A stretch of DNA of 35,169 nucleotides from Candidatus Margulisiibacteriota bacterium (GTDB taxonomy: Bacteria > Margulisbacteria > WOR-1 > O2-12-FULL-45-9): assembly GCA_043816785.1 (NCBI GenBank), contig JBDRHP010000049.1, positions 1 through 35,169 on the forward strand. The letters run 5' to 3'. A program made the translations under genes and the position numbers. Positions 28,416-35,169 of the stretch are shown here, piece by piece. Numbering within the stretch: the stretch's first letter is position 1; each line of letters opens with the position of its first letter. The notes beneath the pieces are model-generated. The model saw only the letters and a list, made by a program, of their open reading frames with translations, was not told the DNA's origin and made no database searches.

Positions 28416-28595
28416 ATGAAAGATTTTCGCTGTAAACAATGCAATCGTTTGTTAGCCAAGGTTTCGCAAAATTCCCGGGTGGAGGTTAAGTGCTCCAGGT
28501 GTAAAACCATTAATCTTTTCTCCGAGGAAATATTTATCACGATTGAGGAAAGGAATAAGGACCTGTGTACCGATCCAGAAACTGCGGGGAATTAA
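28416..28595 (+). CDS. 59-aa Mu Com-like zinc-finger protein (not in the ORF track)
   Basis: [67 protein letters not shown] at 28401-28406; overlaps the aspS start by 31 nt. Confidence 0.82.
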   Translation: MKDFRCKQCNRLLAKVSQNSRVEVKCSRCKTINLFSEEIFITIEERNKDLCTDPETAGN

Positions 28596-30358
28596 ATACA
28601 AAAGACGTTGGTAAAGAAGCTGCCTTGGCCGGTTGGGTCCATCGCCGGCGCGACCATGGCGGCTTGATCTTTATTGACCTGCGCGACCGTTATGGTTTGA
28701 CCCAGGTGGTTTTTGACCAGACAAACAAGGACCTGCTTAAGCTGGCTGAGAAACTGCGCGGTGAATTTGTTGTTTCTGTTAAAGGTAAAGTAGTTGCCCG
28801 GACTGCTGAGGCTGTTAACAAGAATATCCCGACCGGTACCATAGAGGTGGCTGCCACTGCCTTGGAGATCCTTAACCCGGCTAAAACTCCGCCGATCGAG
28901 GTGGCTGACGCTAAGACAGAGCCCGATGAAAATATCCGTTTAAAATACCGCTATATTGATCTGCGCAAGGAAAAAATGCGCGAGAACCTGGTTTTTCGTC
29001 ATAAAGTTATCAAAGCTATTTCCGATTGTCTTGATCAAGAAGGTTTTTTAGAAATTGAGACGCCGTTTTTGACCAAGTCAACGCCAGAAGGCGCGCGCGA
29101 CTTTTTAGTGCCTAGCCGCGTCAATCCGGGTAAATTCTACGCGCTACCTCAGTCGCCGCAATTGTTTAAACAGCTCCTCATGGTTGCGGGCATGGACAAA
29201 TACTTTCAGATCGTCCGCTGTTTCCGAGATGAAGACCTGCGGGCGGACCGGCAGCCGGAATTTACCCAGGCTGATATTGAGATGTCCTTTTGCCATGAGA
29301 ATGACGTGATCGACATGGTCGAACGCGTCATGATCCACACCATGCAGGCATTGGAAAAGGATGTTGAACTTTTCCGGGGAAAGCATATCCCAAAAATTAA
29401 AACTCCTTTTCCCAGATTGTCCTGGAAGGATGCTATGCGCCAGTACGGTTCTGACAAGCCGGATACCCGTTTTGGTCTGGAATTACAGGAATTGACCGAA
29501 CTGGTCAAGGATGTTGAGTTCAAGGTATTTAAAGATACCGCAAAGCAAGGCGGTATTATCAAGGCCATCAATATCAAGGGTGGGGCCACGTTCTCGCGGG
29601 CTGACATGGACAAGCTGGAAGACCAGGCCAAGAAACTGGGGGCAAAAGGGTTAGCCTGGATCGCTATAACTGAAAGCGGCTTAAAATCACCGATCGTCAA
29701 ATTCTTCAAGCCTGAGCAGGTCAACGCTATAGTTGATCAGCTTAAGGGAGAGAAGGGTGACACGCTGATCTTTGTTGCTGACAAACCCAAGGTTGTTAAT
29801 CAAGTCCTGGGGCAACTTCGCTTAGAACTTGGAGAGAAACTCGGACTGATCGATAAGAACAGGTTCGATTTTGTCTGGGTAACTGATTTTCCTCTTCTTG
29901 AATATAGTGATGCTGATAAGCGCTGGTTTTCGCACCATCATCCATTTACCGCGCCGCACGGCGATTGGGCTGATTTCGAAGAACGCTTTTTGAGGGAACC
30001 AGACAAGATAAAAGCCCAGGCTTATGATTTTGTTCTCAATGGGACTGAAATTGGCGGCGGCTCGATCCGTATCCATCGTATGGACATGCAGCAGAAGATA
30101 TTTAAGGTGCTGGGATTTTCTGAAGAAGAAGCCAAGCGGCGTTTTGGATTTTTACTGGAAGCTTTAGAGTATGGAGCGCCTCCCCATGGTGGGATCGCCC
30201 TTGGTTTAGATCGATTGGTAATGCTTTTAGCGGGGATGGAATCGATCCGAGATGTGATCGCATTCCCTAAAACTCAATCTGCGCTTTGTCCGCTGACCGG
30301 CGCGCCTGATAGTGTAGATCCTGGACAATTGAAAGAGCTACATGTTAAAATAGTCTAG
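28565..30358 (+). CDS. aspS: Aspartate--tRNA ligase
   Basis: [39 protein letters not shown] and [11 protein letters not shown] start. Confidence 0.98.
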   Translation: MYRSRNCGELNTKDVGKEAALAGWVHRRRDHGGLIFIDLRDRYGLTQVVFDQTNKDLLKLAEKLRGEFVVSVKGKVVARTAEAVNKNIPTGTIEVAATALEILNPAKTPPIEVADAKTEPDENIRLKYRYIDLRKEKMRENLVFRHKVIKAISDCLDQEGFLEIETPFLTKSTPEGARDFLVPSRVNPGKFYALPQSPQLFKQLLMVAGMDKYFQIVRCFRDEDLRADRQPEFTQADIEMSFCHENDVIDMVERVMIHTMQALEKDVELFRGKHIPKIKTPFPRLSWKDAMRQYGSDKPDTRFGLELQELTELVKDVEFKVFKDTAKQGGIIKAINIKGGATFSRADMDKLEDQAKKLGAKGLAWIAITESGLKSPIVKFFKPEQVNAIVDQLKGEKGDTLIFVADKPKVVNQVLGQLRLELGEKLGLIDKNRFDFVWVTDFPLLEYSDADKRWFSHHHPFTAPHGDWADFEERFLREPDKIKAQAYDFVLNGTEIGGGSIRIHRMDMQQKIFKVLGFSEEEAKRRFGFLLEALEYGAPPHGGIALGLDRLVMLLAGMESIRDVIAFPKTQSALCPLTGAPDSVDPGQLKELHVKIV

Positions 30359-30410
30359 CCCTACTTTGCCCGTGATCTAGCCTGCTACGTCACGCCATAG
30401 TGGGGTTTTT
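30359..30410 (+). terminator. Long imperfect hairpin plus U-tract between aspS and purA
   Basis: CCCTACT..CGTGA..TAG-CCTG-CTA..TCACG..AGTGGGG followed by TTTTT. Confidence 0.45.
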
Positions 30411-30426
30411 AGTGGAAAATCAGTAA

Positions 30427-31794
<1,368 letters not shown>

Positions 31795-31801
<7 letters not shown>

Positions 31802-32154
31802 ATCGACTTATTTTCCACTGACTTTATTAGTCCGTTAAGCATCTTGCCTATTTCTTCTGAAAGAGCGTAAAAACGATCATGCTCAGACTTTGAAATCCGA
31901 CTTAGCCGTAAACAGATTTCAAGTAATGGCACACACTCAAACAATGAACCTCTAGCTATTTTGTAGAATTGTGCCTTTTCTTTTGCTGTATTTCTGCCAT
32001 TGCCTTCTGCTATATTAAGCGGAATTGAAAGGGCAGCCCTTTTTATTTGATCCTTTATCTCTCTGTCGTCTATCTTTTTATTTAGAACATAAATGTTTTC
32101 TGCGAGCTCCAGCGCCTTTTTGTAAACCGATAAATTTTCAAACATAAATGCCAT
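31795..32154 (-). CDS. Four-helix-bundle protein (23S rRNA IVP/S23-like family)
   Basis: FENLSVYKKA, DQIKRAALSIPLNIAEG, IARGSLFE and KMLNGL; GGAGGT SD before ATG 32154. Confidence 0.92.
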
Positions 32155-32184
32155 GATTTGACCTCCTATTACACCCAAATAAGT

Positions 32185-32201
32185 AGCAATTTCATTGCCA
32201 G
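32185..32201 (-). promoter_or_regulatory. sigma54-like -24/-12 promoter
   Basis: Minus strand CTGGCAATGAAATTGCT with GG-N10-GC spacing, 30 nt upstream of the four-helix-bundle ATG. Confidence 0.6.
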
Positions 32202-32240
32202 CTTTAAATGAGTGATCTTATTAGAGAAAGTAATCGAATA

Positions 32241-32256
32241 TGTCGTAATCCCGACA
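32241..32256. promoter_or_regulatory. Palindromic putative activator site TGTCG-N6-CGACA (TGT-N10-ACA)
   Basis: TGTCGTAATCCCGACA, about 40 bp upstream of the -24 element. Confidence 0.4.
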
Positions 32257-32300
32257 GTATAGCATTGGTTTGCTTGTATAAACGGCGGAACGCGGACAGA

Positions 32301-32876
32301 TTATTCGAATTTAAGGCCAAGGTGATAAACGGGGATTCCCCGGCCTTGATTTCTTTCCTTTGTTACGTACTGAGTTGCTTCAGATGTAATATCCAAGGCT
32401 GCTGAGTAAAACGGAATCTCACTTAGAGGTCGAGCCAGAAAATGTCTTATTTTAGGGAAAACATTGACTTCTTCAGTCCGTATATGCAATTCTCCGCCTG
32501 GCGTAATAATTCTTCTGATTAACTCAGCTTCTTCTCCCACATCCTGTTTGTTGTAGGGCATTATCATAAAGATTTTTTCTGCTGATCCTTTCAACCAATC
32601 AAATTCTGCCCATTTTGCATTTATCGATGTGTAAGGCCTCTGCAGGAAGAAAAAACGTGAAGAGCTTGGATGAATAAAGTTATCAGGGGGCATAGCTGGG
32701 GCGTCCTTGTCTATACCCAGGATCCACGTTCCAATTCTCTCTGCCAGTTTGAGCGCAAATTCCCCATTACCGCAGCCTAGTTCCACATAGCCTTTGCTTC
32801 TCTTTACTTGAGCCTTGAGTAACCTAAAGTGTCTCAAACTGGCAGCAGAACTTATTCTTGAAGATATAATCATCAT
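32301..32876 (-). CDS. Orphan class I SAM-methyltransferase-like protein (distantly TrmB-like)
   Basis: YVELGCGNGEF...ILGIDK motif I/II and PGGELHIRTE. Confidence 0.6.
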   Translation of the reverse strand: MMIISSRISSAASLRHFRLLKAQVKRSKGYVELGCGNGEFALKLAERIGTWILGIDKDAPAMPPDNFIHPSSSRFFFLQRPYTSINAKWAEFDWLKGSAEKIFMIMPYNKQDVGEEAELIRRIITPGGELHIRTEEVNVFPKIRHFLARPLSEIPFYSAALDITSEATQYVTKERNQGRGIPVYHLGLKFE

Positions 32877-32884
32877 ATATATTC

Positions 32885-32911
32885 TTATCGCTTTAAATCT
32901 GCTAGAATTTC
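32885..32911 (-). promoter_or_regulatory. sigma28-like promoter candidate
   Basis: Minus strand GAAA-N15-AGCGATAA versus consensus TAAA-N15-GCCGATAA; the ATG follows 8 nt later. Confidence 0.4.
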
Positions 32912-32916
32912 AAGAT

Positions 32917-33573
32917 ATGAGAAAGGCTATTATTTTACTTTCCGGCGGCCTTGATTCTACCACCACGCTTTATTACGCCAAGAGCCAGGGCTATAAATGT
33001 TTTGCCTTAATTTTTGATTATGGCCAGAGGCATGCTAGAGAGGTGTCGGCAGCGGTATCGATATCGGTAAGGGCTAAAGTCCCATATCAAATAATTAAAG
33101 TTTCCTTGCCGTGGAAGGGGAGTTCTCTGCTGGATCCTGGTAGCCGGTTGCCGGTAGGCAGGAGTTTCAAGCAGATGGGCAAGGGTATCCCCACAACGTA
33201 TGTTCCTGGGCGAAATATTATATTTTTGAGTTTTGCGCTGTCTTATGCGGAGGCAATTGGGGCCAAGTCAATTTTTATCGGGGCCAACGCGGTCGACTAT
33301 AGCGGATACCCCGACTGTCGGCCAGCTTTTTATCAGGCTTTTCAAAAGGTGGTCAAAACCGGAATTAAAGATCAACAGATCAAAGTTTTAACTCCTTTGA
33401 TTGATATGACCAAGGCTCAAATTATCGCTTTGGGCTTAAAATTAAAGGCCCCACTTAAACTCACCTGGTCATGTTACCAGGGCGGGAAAAAACCGTGCGG
33501 GGTTTGTGATAGCTGTAAGTTGAGGCAAAAAGGTTTCTCCCTCTTAGGGATCCATGATATAATTCGGTCCTAG
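32917..33573 (+). CDS. queC: 7-cyano-7-deazaguanine synthase
   Basis: MRKAIILLSGGLDS, FDYGQRH, TYVPGRN, YPDCR and SCY...CGVCDSC; start at ATG 32917. Confidence 0.96.
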   Translation: MRKAIILLSGGLDSTTTLYYAKSQGYKCFALIFDYGQRHAREVSAAVSISVRAKVPYQIIKVSLPWKGSSLLDPGSRLPVGRSFKQMGKGIPTTYVPGRNIIFLSFALSYAEAIGAKSIFIGANAVDYSGYPDCRPAFYQAFQKVVKTGIKDQQIKVLTPLIDMTKAQIIALGLKLKAPLKLTWSCYQGGKKPCGVCDSCKLRQKGFSLLGIHDIIRS

Positions 33574-33574
33574 T

Positions 33575-34405
33575 ATGAACTTTTTTATTGATCCGCTAAT
33601 TGTTGTTTGCATCTTTACCGGCCTGATCCACTTTGCCGAGACGATCTCATCCTCGATGCGCTTGACCGGGGTGCGCACCAAACAGCTGGCGCTTTCGCTT
33701 TCCTTTGTTAATGCTTCTTTATTGATCTCCCGCATGTCTAATATGCTCCAGGCCCCACTTTTGGGCGGAATGGTAGATACTTCTATCCTGATGAATAATG
33801 TAGATGTGTTGTGGGGGAGCTTCCGGATCATTATTTTCTCGGCTTTTATCGGCAACTTGCTTGGCGCTGTCATGACGCCTTTTGCCGTGGCTGTTTTTAC
33901 GCGGGCGATTAAAAAATTCAACCAGATTGGTCATATTCCAGGCTTGATCGCCTATGGTTTAAAACCAAGGACCTTGGTTTCTATTGCCAGATCTTTTCGT
34001 TTGCCAACCTTGAATTCATTAAAAGGCATTTCTTTAAAAGGAATCCCAACCATTTTCCTGTGGTTAAACCTGTTCATGGTTTCAATTTACGCGATTGGCG
34101 TGCTTTGTTCCCTGATGGCCGGGGCATTAATCCCCACATATAGAGTAACTGCGACCCAGCTGTCTGGTATTGTAAATGGTATTGCCACTATATTATTCAC
34201 CTTGATGGTTGACCCGATTGCCGCTCACATTACAGATCAGGCGGCCAAAGGAGAACGGCCGCAAAAAGATGTTCGTACGGTTGTCTTTTATATAGTATTA
34301 GGCAGGGTGATGGGAACGCTGATCTTGTCTCAACTGCTTTTTGTCCCGGGAACCGCGTATATTAGAGCAGTTACTCTCTTTGTCCGAGGCGCTTTCCTTA
34401 GATGA
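33575..34405 (+). CDS. amj: Lipid II flippase Amj (DUF2837) family
   Basis: IHFAET...RLTGVRT...ISRMSNMLQAP and LSGIVNGIATILFTLMVDP match the Amj family pattern. Confidence 0.85.
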   Translation: MNFFIDPLIVVCIFTGLIHFAETISSSMRLTGVRTKQLALSLSFVNASLLISRMSNMLQAPLLGGMVDTSILMNNVDVLWGSFRIIIFSAFIGNLLGAVMTPFAVAVFTRAIKKFNQIGHIPGLIAYGLKPRTLVSIARSFRLPTLNSLKGISLKGIPTIFLWLNLFMVSIYAIGVLCSLMAGALIPTYRVTATQLSGIVNGIATILFTLMVDPIAAHITDQAAKGERPQKDVRTVVFYIVLGRVMGTLILSQLLFVPGTAYIRAVTLFVRGAFLR

Positions 34406-35169
34406 GGATCATCCGTCACCCCAGGAAGAAGAAATTAAAAGGTTCAGTTGTTGCTCTGGGCACTTTTGACGGTGTGCACCGAGGCCATCAGAAAATAATT
34501 GACAAAACAGTTAAATATGCCAAAAAAATCGGTGTCGCTTCCCTGGCCATTACTTTTGATCCTCATCCCCAGCAATTAATTGTGCCGGAGCGCGGCTTGA
34601 AGCTGCTTACGGACCTGAGAGAGCGCGAGGCGCTATTCAGCCAGTTTGGCGTTGATGGTGTGGTTGTTATCAACTTTAACCGCCGCTTGCAAAAACTCTC
34701 TGATGAGGTGTTTGTGAAGAAGTATCTGGTTGATAAGCTGGGTGTGTGCCGGGTATATGTTGGTTATGATTATGCCTTTGGCCAAAACCGTAAGGGAGAT
34801 GTCCAGCACCTGAAGGCCTTAGGGCATAAGTATGGCTTTGAAGTTAGCGTTATTGGGCAGGTATCTGCTGGCCACCATATCATTAAATCCAGAATAATCA
34901 GGGAATTTCTGGCTAAAGGGCGTTTTTCCGAAGCTCTTCGTTTGCTGGGGCATGCCTATCAAATCAGTGGCAGGGTGGTAAAGGGTTCTGGCAGGGGTAA
35001 ATCCTTGGGTTTTCCCACTGCTAACCTGAAAATCGACCATCATAAGCTTATTCCAGCTCACGGGGTCTATGCCGGGCAGGTAAATGGCCTGCCTGCCGGC
35101 AGGCAGGGCAAAAAATGTGTTGTAAATATTGGCGCGCGGCCAACATTTGGCACTGATCAGACCGTTGTT
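34402..35169 (+). CDS. ribF: Bifunctional riboflavin kinase/FAD synthetase, truncated by the window end
   Basis: ATG 34402: MRIIRHP...ALGTFDGVHRGHQ, TFDPHP, GYDYAFG, GRGKSLGFPTANL and NIGARPTF. Confidence 0.95.
   Translation, partial: MRIIRHPRKKKLKGSVVALGTFDGVHRGHQKIIDKTVKYAKKIGVASLAITFDPHPQQLIVPERGLKLLTDLREREALFSQFGVDGVVVINFNRRLQKLSDEVFVKKYLVDKLGVCRVYVGYDYAFGQNRKGDVQHLKALGHKYGFEVSVIGQVSAGHHIIKSRIIREFLAKGRFSEALRLLGHAYQISGRVVKGSGRGKSLGFPTANLKIDHHKLIPAHGVYAGQVNGLPAGRQGKKCVVNIGARPTFGTDQTVV
35088..35107. repeat. 20-bp perfect palindrome CCTGCCTGCCGGCAGGCAGG, in frame in ribF
   Basis: Identical to 6717-6736; lies within the peptide LPAGRQG. Confidence 0.92.

Noticed and set aside
32815..32916. 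Longer queC start given in the ORF track
   Set aside because: It overlaps the divergent gene, and QueC homology begins at MRKAIILLSGG (32917).
32917..33573. queC as part of a dpd or QatABCD-type defence system
   Set aside because: It is a canonical-length QueC among housekeeping genes, with no dpdA or qat partners in the window.

Overview
Bacterial chromosomal segment, mostly housekeeping and envelope genes. Gene content (a cyanobacterial-style pair of LpxB-like genes plus LpxL, MsbA and GT9) suggests a diderm such as Saganbacteria/Margulisbacteria; this is inference only. Order: partial ORF with a beta-barrel-like C-terminus, tsaC, a Cys-less dihydrolipoamide dehydrogenase/MerA-family flavoprotein, apt, mtnP, prmC-prfA-rpmE, an ~18 kb lipid A/LPS glycosylation cluster interrupted by a RAYT-type Y1 transposase, DUF362, thrC, LEA2 lipoprotein, small EamA/SMR transporter, hisS, a 59-aa Com-like zinc finger absent from the ORF track, aspS, purA, a four-helix-bundle gene, an orphan methyltransferase, queC, amj and partial ribF. 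The most notable signal is a set of at least five small repeat families. GTAG-stem-TTTA REPs flank the RAYT, and a doublet with the same architecture sits in frame inside prmC. A 20-bp perfect palindrome occurs intergenically and in frame in ribF. There is also a bulged hairpin doublet, an ~240 bp MITE-like inverted repeat, and heptamer tracts. Other findings are pervasive TGn-TAnnnT boxes just ahead of start codons, and a sigma54-like promoter with a TGT-N10-ACA site upstream of the four-helix-bundle gene.
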